A stretch of DNA of 64,000 nucleotides from Bugula neritina. Taxonomy: Eukaryota; Animalia; Bryozoa. The stretch covers positions 30,804,773-30,868,772 of the forward strand of contig OZ037766.1 of the NCBI GenBank assembly GCA_964035545.1, written 5' to 3'. This document shows positions 42,201 through 54,282 of this stretch, piece after piece (positions within the stretch are counted from its first letter, which is position 1; each line of letters opens with the position of its first letter). A program made the translations under genes and the position numbers. The notes beneath the pieces were generated by a model, which did no database searches, was not told where the DNA came from, and worked only from the letters and a program-made list of their open reading frames with translations.

Positions 42201-42742
42201 GGTTTGCATGAAATGAGGGTTTGGGGTTTCATTTGATGTAACCTTTTCCCAACATCGAATGAAAAAAACTATTTCCCATGATGCCGACCTTGAAAACATA
42301 GAGTAATATTAGTGGTTCTAATTAATAATAAAATAGATGCTTATTTGTAGTAAAAACAGGATCATATGCTGATAGAGTTATGCTTGTAAAAAGTAGCATT
42401 CAATAGTGGTAGTGGTAAACTATCAGAGAACGAGATTGAAAGTTTTCACAATACAATTTTTCATTATTATGTGTTTAGGTTGGAATATTGGGTTACACAG
42501 TGATCACGGGAAAGAAGCCAAACATACGTAAAAGGAAGTCGAAACAACACAATGCTGCTTCGCGACAGTCAAGCTTGAAAAAACCTTACTGTGTATCACC
42601 AAACATACCCAATGATTATGTCTACTTCAACGGAATACCTTTAATAATGGAGCCGAGAAATTCTGGCTACAGCAGCTATTTGAATGCCGAGAACATCAGC
42701 TATTGGCAGAATTCTCGTGTTTTTCCGCAGACACCCAATTGA
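32512..42742 (+). CDS. Kinase-less EGFR/insulin-receptor-ectodomain-like type I membrane protein, copy B (~735 aa)
   Basis: 13 exons: 32512-32584, 33262-33411, 33882-34085, 34918-35107, 35424-35626, 35990-36210, 36808-36938, 37244-37419, 38179-38313, 39141-39321, 40263-40453, 41491-41579, 42479-42742 (2208 nt). Same phases and domains as copy A. Confidence 0.88.
32658..32806. repeat. Near-perfect inverted repeat (65-bp arms, 19-nt loop)
   Basis: 32658-32722 TACAAGCAAGATATTGACAGTG...GTCACACTTACAGTGT is the reverse complement of 32742-32806 with about 2 mismatches. Confidence 0.95.
33172..33257. repeat. (TA)n microsatellite abutting a splice acceptor
   Basis: Directly visible; ends just before the CAG at 33259-33261. 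Confidence 0.97.
34250..34720 (+). repeat. 10-bp minisatellite (ATGAGATAGT)n
   Basis: About 45 units in intron 3 of receptor copy B; absent from the same intron of copy A. Confidence 0.97.
36463..36652 (+). mobile_element. 5'-truncated tRNA-derived SINE with Meta-SINE-like core
   Basis: TAGTAAACA..GTCATGGGTTTAAACCCC..AAAGGCCATTAGTGGTGCTAGGAAGAGCATCCAGTC..; not seen in the paralogous intron of copy A. Confidence 0.68.
38420..38986 (+). repeat. 10-bp minisatellite (ATGAGATAGT)n
   Basis: About 55 units in intron 9 of receptor copy B, the position equivalent to 26830-27227. Confidence 0.97.
41745..41875 (+). repeat. TGTGACA/GACAGGTTACATGT minisatellite
   Basis: Directly visible; paralogous position to 30880-31230. 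Confidence 0.92.
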
Positions 42743-44332
42743 TAATATCAATGATATCTGCAGTTAGACATCAATTGTTTCTGTTTTCTAAGTAACTGTG
42801 ACAACTTAGTGTTTGATATATTGACTGTCTCAGCTGTTGAATAAACTATTTAAAGCAAAAGTGTAGAATTTCCAATATCATAATGTGAAAACTTTTGGCC
42901 AGTTATATTTATGACAAATTATGCGCAGTCATTTATTAACTTTTTATTTGTATATGTTATGAAATATAGTAAATGTGTTAGGTAACAATATTACATAATT
43001 AACTCGAATGTATCAGATATATATTATACATTTTATTCATATCAGAGTAGCAATCTTTCAAGTGACAAGTTTGATGCACCGTTTACGATTATACTTGCAG
43101 AGCATAACAAAGTAAAACAACTAAATAAAACACCCTCATTTGTTAAAAGGAAAACTCTGAAAGTAAATTGAAAAAGCTGTGCATATATAAATATTTAAAA
43201 TTCAATACAAACTGCTTCTACCATATAATACAGACATAACCAACTTTCACAAGTTAAGAAAAAAGATGTGTTTTACGTTTATTTTTCTTGTTACCTACTT
43301 TAGAAATACCCTAAAACTTCATAAATTTTAATTTAACATGTAATTTTCTGATATTAAGTTTATTTCTATAGATAGCACCAACCTTATAATTATTAAATAG
43401 ACTAGATTTGTAAGAGCACTGCCTGGCTCAGTATCTTTGCCTCCCGTAACAGTGCTTGTGGGTTTCATACATGTTACAAATCATACCGTAGCAGTATGAG
43501 CAACATGCTTTCTAAAATAAATGTGCTGTTGCTTAAAATAGAACTTCACCAATTGTGCACAAACAAATATTTTTAGTGAATTTATAATGCATCTTTAAAT
43601 TAGGAGAACATAAAAGAACCAGATTTTGTTTGATATGTTTCAACAAGTTCACTGAAAAATGGCTTGCATGCAAGTTATGGCATATGACATAACTTTAAAC
43701 CATTTAAAGTTTCTAATAGAGTGTCGTGTTCATTATATTCACTTATACCAAGTTCAAATTCCTAAACACTTATTTGGCTCTTTCAGCAATGTCTATAAAA
43801 GTCAAGAAAACTTATATCACAATCACAAACAGGGATAAAGTTCTCATGGTAAAGCTATGTGTACTATAATCGATGAAATGTGACAGCAGTTCGTTCAGGA
43901 GTACACAGGTTTATGAGTTATAATATATCTGTAAAAAAGTTCTCTCCTGCAAATTTAACAATTTAACAAACCTCCTGGTATTGCAAGCTGGTGCATGTGC
44001 CACATCACAGAGGTTAATGGGTGATCTCAACATCACAATAACATTAATGTGACTGTTCATTACCATGCAGGATAATAAATTTTATGCCACACGTACTTTA
44101 TGTGAGCAAAAATCATGCAAACATGTATTAACAGAATATTTTTCTATAAGTGAAGTATATGCAAGGTATAGAAGTGAGTTTTTTAAGTAGGAACTTGGAC
44201 AAACAAGCAGCTTGTCCTGGATATCATAGATTAGTACATAATATAGTAATTATATAGTCATATGTCATATCTTATAGTATAGTACAGCATGATGTACGTG
44301 GGTTGTTGCCAATAATACAACTAATACATGCA

Positions 44333-44363
<31 letters not shown>

Positions 44364-45913
44364 CTACTACTATAACTAAAACCTGTGTCTGTAACTTCTA
44401 TAACCACAAAGAATCTATGCTAAATAATTAATATAAATGGCAAAAAAATAAGATAGTTTGGCAGAGTCAAAATACATAAATTACTTATATGTTTGCAATT
44501 TAAAACATACAGGGAAGTAATTTATTTTAATCATATATGAATTTGAAAGCAAAGTTTGTTTGAAAAAAAATCCTTTGAAGAAACATCTAAGAGAAAGATG
44601 TTGAGCTGTTTGTTCTGCACTGCTGAATTCTGTCCGTCAGCAGCCAAGTTCTTCTTAGTGTTGCATTCTGGGTAACTTCTTTTCAGTATAGTCATGAAAT
44701 ATACACAGTTACATTTGAAAATCTATAGAAATTTTGCAATTTGAGGAACTGGGAAGTCAGTTCTAACTTCTAGTTCAGTGTTTTGCAGCATATATGTTTA
44801 GAGGCAATGGTTTAAAGTTTAGAGTGATGTTTGGAGTTTGGGGTTTGGGTTTTGGAGTTTAAAGTTTAGTGTTTGAGAATTTGGGATCAAATAAACATTT
44901 TTATGCTAATCAATACTATCTATAGAACTTAAAACTTAGCAATAGCGTCAAAATGAGCCCTAAAAACCGTACCCATATAGAATGCAGAACTAGCAATCAT
45001 TAGAAGCTGGTGTTTTCCTGCAGATGACACAAAACCTTAAAGCTGGCACTATCTATAGACTATAGATGATAGTAAATTTATGTAATATTATACTGGAATT
45101 GCTAAAACATCTTTGCTCAACAAAATTCATTTTCTAAAATAGTTCCTTTTGCCAAATTGCCAAAATATATCTATAGAAATTTTTTTTCTGTGCTCTTGGC
45201 AAGAAAGTGCTTTCATATTTATAAATTAATTCCAATGTATTTTAAATTACTTTGATAAATAGTATATATATATATATATAGTGCATGACAAAATAGACAG
45301 CCTGTATTTTAACTTATGCCAAGAAAAATTATCACATAGATGCGATTGCATATAATATAGTACTAAATCACTTTCATCTTCTTTGAATAATTTGCCAACA
45401 CCACCTAGTGCTGACAAGAAGTTGGCAAAAGCCACAATTTTCGCGATAAATATACTTAATAACAAAACATATAACAGGCATACCATTTTTGCTGATTAAT
45501 AAAATAAAGGTTATATAATTCTTATCTGGATGTATATTATGTATAATAGCGGATTACTATTATATTTAATAACACTTTGGTTTCATAATTTTGAGGTTTT
45601 GCTAAACATTAAAATTAAGTTTTGAAGATAATCCTTATGTAGAAATGGACAAAATTAGTTCATGTAAAGCTAATTATTAAACTAGATATAAGTATAATAC
45701 TGTATTGTACTTTAAAGCATTTTGATATCTCATTGTGACTTGCATAATTTAATTTTCGATTCTTTGTTTGCTCTCCATAAACATTAGCCAGTGCTCTGCA
45801 TAGAGAAATATATCATCTAAATTATTTTTCCTCCCCTTTGTACTTTCACAGGTAAATATTTTATTGATAGATTTATTCAAAGTGGTTATTGATCAGTTGC
45901 CAGGAATTGTGAG

Positions 45914-45969
45914 TATAAAGATGATGAGTGTCTACATGTCCACACATTAGTACTGAGATCACAGTGCAG
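45914..45969 (+). promoter_or_regulatory. Putative TATA box and non-coding first exon of the defensin-like gene
   Basis: TATAAAG at 45914-45920, donor-like GCAG|GTATAG at 45969/45970, and acceptor TTTTTTAG ending 46756, 18 nt before the ATG. Confidence 0.5.
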
Positions 45970-46774
45970 GTATAGTGTTATTATCAGAGAAAGTTTAGAT
46001 AAGTATTAACACATGTATATATGTAACATATGAAGTAAATTAAATTATATTATATAAGTTATATTATGTGAAATATATTTGATATTTTATTATGTAAGTT
46101 ATATTACCTAAATTATATTTTATATTATATTGTATTAGTCATAATAAATGTGCTAGTAAATACTATATACTATACAATTTGAGTTATATTATACAAGTTA
46201 TTCAGTAATTTATGCATGTAATTTTATTTTATACATTATAGAATATTTCATGTTGGCTATATATTATAACATATATATATGCATACTATAAATATTGTGT
46301 GACATATTGCATTGCATCTTATTATCATATTATGGCAGTGTATTTCTTGCATATGTAATAAATAATGCTACTTTATGATATCACATGTCACAATGCACCT
46401 GTTTTATTAATTTGGTCATAAGGATAGGCGCATAGAAAAAAAATGCAAATATTTGACATCATTTTTTGCAGACTTTAGAAAATTGCTCAAGTTGAATTCT
46501 GATGATTTTTTAAAGCAAGTAAACATTTTTTTCTGAAGAAATAATTTATACTTATAGTTTTTTGCATAAAATAAAATTGTTGTTAAAATTGTTTTGTGCT
46601 CCTCTCAAGACATTCAAACTATGAATAAAAATACAATAGTAAGAAATGAACTCAGATAATCAGGTATTTTGTACTTGTAAAAACTAATGCCAAAATTTCT
46701 GTATTATAGCTGCATCTATACCAGTGGTGCCAGCACTTTTTTGTGAACTTTTTTAGGAAAGGATATAAACAAGA

Positions 46775-47528
46775 ATGAGGGTTTTTATATTGCTGGTACT
46801 TTTTCTGTGTGTCATTACGGTGGTAGTGACAGCTCAAAGGTCATGTGGAGCCTTACTCCGCTGCCGTGGTTTTCGCTGCTGTAAGTATATTTGTTTTAGT
46901 TTGCGGCTAAAGAATTAATTACATCAAAAGTATTAGTTATAAGAGTATCTTAAGATTGCTGTGATGCAAGCAATAAACATTTTAACAAACTTCTTTTTCT
47001 AATACTAACCTAACTAAATATATATTTCTCATCACAATTAAACATTTTTTACAACCAGCTAGCGATGTACATTATCTATTGTACTTATGTAAAGAACATT
47101 GTATAAAACCATTCATTATACAAATATTTACCTATATAATGAATTTATTTATATAAAATTAGAGCATATAAACAATTGCGTATATTGAACGCACGCACTT
47201 ACGCATGCACATATGCATATCTGGTTGAAAGGCAGTGACCAAATAGGAGCTACAATGTTTAAATCTCTTGCATATTGCATCTTGAAATAATAAACTTTGA
47301 GATATGCTTTTGGGCATCTTGTAACTGGCAGAATAATATAAGTGATGTTCAAATATAGAAGAAATTTTATTTTGTAACATATTTCCTGATTAATACAATT
47401 TATTTACTTTAGCACGCAGATGTGTGAGCTGCCTGGGAGGAGCTTTCCGTGGATGTCGAGCAAGACGAGGTTCGTCTTTTTGCGAATGCGCACGTTTTGC
47501 ACGACGTCGTTGCAGACGTCGTTGTTAG
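46775..47528 (+). CDS. Secreted 10-Cys Arg-rich peptide, CSab-defensin-like (73-aa precursor)
   Basis: Exons 46775-46880 (GTAAGT donor, phase 1) and 47413-47528 (TAG). Translation MRVFILLVLFLCVITVVVTA|QRSCGALLRCRGFRCSRRCVSCLGGAFRGCRARRGSSFCECARFARRRCRRRC. Exons are GC-rich islands in AT-rich DNA; AATAAA at 47705. Confidence 0.88.
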
Positions 47529-48572
47529 TTTGGCGATATTTCCAGGAGGGCCTAAGTTTCAAACATCCTTAGCTTCTCTTCTCATCTTATACTTATCAGT
47601 TTTTTCCCTTTAAAAAGTTTGTTTGCTTAACGAATATATATTTTTATTTGGTGTTGGACTTTGAATCTGATTTACACTAGTATAAAAACCTTTAAAATAG
47701 TCTAAATAAAAACTTGTTTAACTCATAGCTTTCCCTTGAAAAAATTTTAACTGAAATTTATGCAGAAATACATTTACTCTAGTATCTGTTTTTGTTGCAA
47801 TAATTTAAATATCTATCATCTCAAAAATAGATTATATTCAAACATCAATAAAATATTTTCTATTGCAATTTTCATGTACTCTTTTTAAATTAAACCTTCT
47901 TGTTGCACTACTATAGTATTTGCATGCATATACAGTGAATGATAATTACAATATCACATAATTTATTAAACGAAAATGAAGGAAAATAATCAAAAACTTG
48001 CATATAGAACGTTGTATGAAATTATAAATAAATATATGCATTTATGTATAATTCTATATGTATGTATAGTATCTATAATATAAAGCACAAATATGTAATT
48101 TTATAGGTATGCATATATGCTTGTATAAATTTGGACCTAACTGTGCATGTATAATATATGTGTATATATTCACACATATATATGTACTTGTGTATATACA
48201 TGTGTGTGTGCAAGTAGCATGTGCATACATGAGTGCAAATAAATGTGTGAGGCGCTAGCGGAGTGTGTTGTGAGGGTGAGAAACAGTTAATTGTTATGAT
48301 GAAATGAAAGATAACTTAGACGCATTGTGTTTCACTCGAAATAATTAGGTATTTTTAATTCCCATTTTGTTGTTATGAATGATATTATTATACTAAGTTT
48401 GATAAGAATAATATAATAGTTTGAAGCAAGCTAAAATTCATTTTTGATCAACAAAACACAACAAAACATATTTAAGAGTTGAAGCAAAAATTAACAATGG
48501 TCCATATAAATCATCTTGTGAAAGTCCGTAGTAAATCTGTTCTTAAATCCAGAAATCAGTAGAAGGTCATTG

Positions 48573-48997
48573 TTAGTAGTATCCTTTGAATGGGTATCGG
48601 CAGTAACGAAGACAACCAGCAGTTACTCTTCTGCAATGAAGCTTGTATCCACGGTTACTACAGACACGTTTGTATCTGTATGTGCAGCATCTCTGTAAAT
48701 AACAAAATATTCATGCTATTGAAATATATATTACAATAAACTGCGATATATAAATAAAAAAATTATCATAGTAGTGAAACAGAGTAGTATAGTGTTTAAT
48801 TTGAATTGTTATAATTGAAAATACCGTAAAATAATTGCCATACATTATCCTAAAACAAAGATTATGTTATTTCACAGCCTTCATAAAAAAAATCTTTACA
48901 GAATACTCACACGGCCATAGGGACGACCTGCCTCAGTAGCTGGGGCAAAGGTCATCAGACAAACAGCAATGGCAGCAACAAGGAAAAGAACCTTCAT
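48573..48997 (-). CDS. Secreted 6-Cys Tyr/Arg/Lys-rich peptide, copy 1 (68-aa precursor)
   Basis: Exons 48997-48911 and 48692-48573, phase 0, GTGAGT..ACAG. MKVLFLVAAIAVCLMTFAPATEA|GRPYGRRCCTYRYKRVCSNRGYKLHCRRVTAGCLRYCRYPFKGYY*. Confidence 0.92.
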
Positions 48998-49187
48998 GAT
49001 GATTTTCTGCAAGTCAAAAGTAATAAATAAATAAATTTATTCCGCTAAGTCAAAAATATAAATGCTAAGACCTTTTTAATGCATAATTGCGACTTTTTAA
49101 GCTATTTTGTTTTTTAAGGTTGGTAAAAAAGAACTAAGTGAAAAAACTTGGGAGTAAAATTTAAAATCAAATTTAAAACCAACTCAC

Positions 49188-49255
49188 TTGATTGACTTTC
49201 TTGCTTGAATAAAAGCTCAGTTGTGATTCCATTTGAATATTCTGCTACTTTTATA
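49188..49255 (-). promoter_or_regulatory. TATA box and non-coding first exon of peptide copy 1
   Basis: Minus-strand TATAAAAG at 49255-49248, ATCACAAC ~25 nt downstream, donor CAA|GTGAGT at 49188; same layout in all four copies. Confidence 0.75.
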
Positions 49256-49663
49256 CTAAATTTAGATCTATCAAATTTCCTTTATTAAGCCAACCAAACT
49301 GACTTATTTTTTATCTTTGTTTCCTCAACTGTTTTTAATAGCAGATCATCTAATAATAATATTCATTGTAAAGTAGTTTAAGACAATATTTGTAGGTGTC
49401 ATAGGATCAAGTATATATTATTTTTAAATCAATAACGTTATAGAAACATGTGCCGTCACTACAGAAATATTGTGTAGTTCCTCTTTATTCCAAGTGCCTG
49501 AAGTGAACAACCCTTTACATGTACCGCTTTCTTATTTTTAACACAAAATAACAAAAGAATCTGTGCTAGCTGTTCTCATCTGAAACTTTCTTAATGAGTT
49601 TTATTTTTCATCTATTGTGATTAGTGTACAGTTGTGTTATCCGAATTTGGGTTTTAGTCATGT

Positions 49664-49673
49664 GGAAATCTCC
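49664..49673 (-). promoter_or_regulatory. kB-like site GGAGATTTCC (second copy at 50861-50870)
   Basis: Close to the Rel/NF-kB consensus GGGRNWYYCC with one mismatch; exactly conserved within a diverged duplicated block upstream of peptide copy 1. Confidence 0.35.
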
Positions 49674-52600
49674 TAATGATGATATATACATTAAAACATT
49701 TTATTCGAGAAAAAAAGGGAATTTATAGAAACATTATCTTAATTGAAGAGAGTATAATGAGTATAATCATTGACATTCTAGGATATGATATAGAAATGAT
49801 GCTCTAGTACTTCATATTGTACATTTGATATATAGAACTTCTTATTTCAAATAGTTTTTAAAACATGCCATTATACCAAAGGTTTTTAAATCAGATTCAA
49901 GTTGTGGTTTATGCTACACTTTTTATCAAGTCGAAATACATAATTATATGACATTATAATATTACAATGCATTATTTTGTATATATATACTAGATATTAT
50001 ACTTGTAGAGTACATACCAAAACTGCTATCAACTGAAGCAGTTTGCAATTAAAATTAAAAAAGCGCAAGTTTACATAGCTTTAGGCTTGAAATGAACACC
50101 GCAATGCAATATATTATAGTCTTCAAATAACATTCTTTCAAATGTAGTTAACTGTTACGATGTATCCTAATATTTTTGTTGTATTTTTTTAAAGTCAATT
50201 TTTTTATCTGTTGTAGGGTATTCGGCATTATGTTCAATTAAGCATGCATTACCTTAATTATTACATAAAAATGAAATGCACAATTTATATACATATTTTT
50301 ATATATAAATGAAAAGATAATTGGTTGCAGAAATGAAACTGTAGTAAGTAATAGATAGTAGGTAAAGAGGCCAAACATTTTTATTTTAAAAGACTTTGAT
50401 CTAATAGCATAGTTTAAATATTTATTCTAGATGTGATAAAACTGCTGAGTCCAACAACTAATTGCTACTTATAAGCAGCTCAACAAACCTCACCATGTTT
50501 GTATCGGTTTGTGTTTGTGTCTGGTTGCAAGATATGCTTTAACTACTAGCCAACTTGGCAACAGGTTTTCGAGTTTATTAACTGTCAAATCGTACCCTAG
50601 AAAAATGGGAAACATTAGAAATTGTATAAGTAAGTAGTCACAATATAAATCAAAATTCAGAGGAACACCATGGACATTACAGAACCAAACAAATTGACAT
50701 GAACTATTATAATTCTAATGAACTTACAATATTGATGCGTAGGTAAAATTCTTAGCCATCACAATACCGAAACCGATAGTTTTTCAGCGAGTCTCATTAA
50801 TTATCTACGGCAGTTCTATAGTCAAATTATGTGTTGTCCATTTATGAGTTTTCGTCATGTGGAAATCTCCTATTGATATATGTTAAAATATTTTCCATGA
50901 AGATAGAAAGAATTGTATTTATAGAAACTATATTTCATTCAAAGAGAAAATATAATGGGTATTGTTGATATGGAAGTAATATTTTAGTAATTAATATTGT
51001 ACAGCTTATATATTATATAACTTCTGTTTTTGATGGCTTTCGAAAAAAAGTCGTTATAGTATGCCGAAGGGTTTAAATCAGCTATAGATTCAAGTTTATT
51101 TTTGTTACAATCAAGACAGAATACATAATTCTATAATCGCAACATTATAATTCATTAATATTACTTATGTATGCTATGAATTATGAATATAATTTAGCAC
51201 TAATTGATTTGTCCAAACTGTTAATGAAAGTGACAGTTTAAAATTAGAACAAATAAAACCATACAACATATTCTCATAGTTATAAGCTATAATTACATAG
51301 ATTGCAATATAACTTTAACTATATAGTTTTCAAACTATATTATACACAGTTGTATGCTCGTTCGCTGTTAATATTCATTCAAACTGCTATAAAATGGAGC
51401 ATTGTGACTTTTTCTATTTCTTTAAAATAGGAAGATCATTACCGTTTGTTGCATAGAATAAATATCCTAATCTATATACCAATTTACTTATAGCTTTATT
51501 TTGAACAGATTCTTTATTTCTTCCACGTGCAACAACCTTTCGATTTTTACTCAGTTGTTATTTTGTAATCTACTTCTTTTCTGTATAGCATGTTGGCAAT
51601 ACTTTAGGCTAACTTTGAGCTATCGAAATATGCTAAGTCAACTTTTTATGATGATTTGACTTTGCGAGAGTCTCTGACATGGGTGTTAGGCTATATTATA
51701 ATGAACTACCTCTTACTGGAGGAGTTATATGAAGCACAAATTATGATGGCACAAGTTTTACTTTAATCTGCAAATGTTTTTGTCATCACTTAATATTTTT
51801 GTTTGAAATTTCGAAACCTATTATAAGTTGAAAAGTGTTGCCACAATCAACATAATTATGCTCACAATAAGTTATTGTCTGTCTTTCAATCAACGTGTTA
51901 ATAAACCAAAGAAGTTCTTGCTAAAATACTAAAGTGTGATATGCATAATTTGGTTAATCTTGCTGTTTTATTTTTTCTAGCACCCCTTGTTTATAATTTT
52001 TTGTTGTTGGTGCGTTCTTTATGTTTGATGTACTTTCAATATTATATTCTTGATTACCAAGTTTTGCCAACAACTGTACTTATTACTAATACTGATATAC
52101 TAATACAAGTAAAATACAAATATTGAGAGTTATATAATAATATACTAATTTACTAATACTAATACTATTATACTGATACTAATATTTATACTAGTACTAA
52201 TACTAATAAGAGTGATTTGATGAACAGCACTTGAAAAGACAAATGCTAAACAACGCATAAAACTTAACCTTTTGTTTTGTCAAAGTCAGTAATTCTGCTT
52301 ATTAGCACAATTAAAAAAGTTTAAAATAAACAATTTTTGCTTTGCAACCTAATGATTCAGTTGCAAAAATGATAAATTTTTGCTTTTTTATAACTATACC
52401 TATGCATGATAGTACAAGTTTCTCTGCTCCAATTTGTTTAATTTCACTAATTTTACATAGCTCTTGTTATAATGAATAAGAAAAAAAATACTGGAATTGC
52501 TTCATCCAAAAGAAATATAATTCAGATCAGCTTTTTTACACTATATAGTACATAATGCTACATAGCCAAGTATTTTTGTTACTCATTTTTATTACTTATT

Positions 52601-52791
52601 AGTGATAGTAATGACTTGTACTTAGAAGCATGTCTAAGGCAAAGGTTTTTGAATCAAGGATGAAATTTATTTAGGTCAACAAAACAAAACAAAGCATAGT
52701 TAATAGCAAAAAAATCAACATCAAATACAAAATTGTGAAAAATTAATAGAAAGTCCGTTCTCAAATCCAGAAATCAGTAGAAGGTCAGTTG

Positions 52792-53211
52792 TTAGTAGTA
52801 TCCCTTAAATGGGTATCGGCAGTAACGAAGACAGCCAGCTTTTACTTTACTGCAAACATACTTGTATCCACGGTGACTGCAGACACGTTTGTATCTGTAT
52901 GCGCAGCATCTCTATAAGCAAAACAGAGTTCATTGCATATGGCATGTTGTAATTAAAAATGGTGCGTAGCCTATATATTAATTTGCATCAAATGTCTAAA
53001 GGTAATATACACAACACCGAAATTGACTCATCATATTAAAAAACTGTACACCAATTATAATACAGAATATACAAAAAATTGCCAATGGCAAATAAAAAAT
53101 TATATATTAAGTTTTATAAATACTCACACGGCGATGGTAAGATGCCTCAGTAGCTGGGGCAAAGGTCATCAGACAAACAGCAATGGCAACAACAAGGAAA
53201 AGGACCTTCAT
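52792..53211 (-). CDS. Secreted 6-Cys Tyr/Arg/Lys-rich peptide, copy 2 (67-aa precursor)
   Basis: Exons 53211-53128 and 52911-52792. MKVLFLVVAIAVCLMTFAPATEA|SYHRRRCCAYRYKRVCSHRGYKYVCSKVKAGCLRYCRYPFKGYY*. Confidence 0.92.
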
Positions 53212-53399
53212 GATGATTTTCTGCAAGTCAAAAGTAGTATAACTAGTTATTATAGGTGATTGCACACTATAATAAAAAACAACTTCATGTGTACTATTTA
53301 AACTAAAGAAATACTTCTAATGTTACCAGCTGTTTTAGATTTGTTGCATGATGAATTGATTTGAATAAGAAAGTATAATCAACCTTGAATGTAACTCAC

Positions 53400-53467
53400 C
53401 TGGTTGACTTTCTCGCTTAAATATAAGCTCAGTTGTGATTTCCTTCAAATATTCTTCTACTTTTATA
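53400..53467 (-). promoter_or_regulatory. TATA box and non-coding first exon of peptide copy 2
   Basis: TATAAAAG at 53467-53460; donor CAG|GTGAGT at 53400. Confidence 0.75.
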
Positions 53468-54139
53468 CCAAAATGTGATATTCCTAATCTCTATTATAAA
53501 TCTATAAATCAATCGGATTGACATATTTCATCTCCTTACTTCCTTGCAGCTGTCTTTCAATAGCAGATTATTTTGAGTAATATATAATATATATTATCCG
53601 CTAATTTAACAGAGAATATTCATACATGTCATAAGCTCTTATTATTTTGCAATCAATCACTTAATAAAAAACATGTGACATCACTACCTAAATATTATGA
53701 AATTCGACTTTATTCCAAGTAACTAAATTGTACCACCCTTTCACATGTACAACTGTTTCCTTGTTTCTGCATAAAAATAGAATTCTAGGAAAACATTTTC
53801 CTATTCTCATCTACATATTATTCTATGATGAGTCTCATCGTTTATCTACTGTGACCAGTACATGCCAGGTGCTGTCCAACTTTGAGTTTTAGTTTTTTTT
53901 TCTCTAGGCATCAGATTAGAGTTTTTTCAACGCTCACCTATTACATGTTGCACAATATTATGGGCATACCTTGATGAAATGAATCTATTGAATCAAAATA
54001 TAATACACACATGTAAAACACTTTTCTTCTGCAATGAATTAATATGTAGATAGTTGCTATTTTAGCTGCTGTTTTTTAAGTATAATAATGCACTGATGAG
54101 TTAAGCTGGTATGACTGTATATATGAAAATGACACCGCA

Positions 54140-54282
54140 GTAAAAATGGCACAGGTAATACTAATGGCACAAATGGCAAAGTGGGCAAAAATAGCACATT
54201 TGTGTTTGAGAAAAGTTAACATCAGTGTGCCAATTTTATCTACTTTTTTCTTTTGTGCAATTATTGCCTGTGCCATTTTTAC
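54140..54282. mobile_element. MITE-like element with ~21-bp terminal inverted repeats
   Basis: GTAAAAATGGCACAGGTAATA ... TATTGCCTGTGCCATTTTTAC, with internal ATGGCAC repeats. Confidence 0.6.

Larger units (their letters stand above)
21680..43100 (+). repeat. Tandem duplication (~10.7 kb unit, junction ~32330) of the kinase-less receptor gene
   Basis: AATTGCTCAATTACCTCTGAGTTGATCA at ~21714 and ~32360; ATCAGAGTAGC..ACAAGTTTGATG at ~32270 and ~43041; exons and introns collinear. Confidence 0.9.

Noticed and set aside
21874-42742. Calling these genes EGFR or insulin receptor
   Set aside because: Only one L domain, and no kinase motifs (GxGxxG, HRD, DFG) found before the stop or downstream; no gene symbol is justified.
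44598-44672. ATG-initiated MLSCLFC.. segment resembling the receptor B start
   Set aside because: Similarity limited to five residues with no downstream receptor exons; likely chance.
44810-44885. GTTTGGG/GTTTAGA-like tract as interstitial telomeric repeat
   Set aside because: Short, degenerate 7-mer that does not match TTAGGG or TTAGG arrays.
47455-47470. CRARR shared with mytilin B as evidence of mytilin identity
   Set aside because: Five-residue match in a different Cys context; the overall framework differs from mytilins.
50494-50596. Minus-strand exon-like segment (TTCTAG|..|GTGAGG) open in one frame
   Set aside because: No partner exons, no recognisable motif and no convincing similarity to the peptide genes.
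53023-53259. Plus-strand ORFs 53023-53259 and 62896-63132
   Set aside because: Antisense shadows of the minus-strand signal-peptide exons; repeated only because of the duplication.
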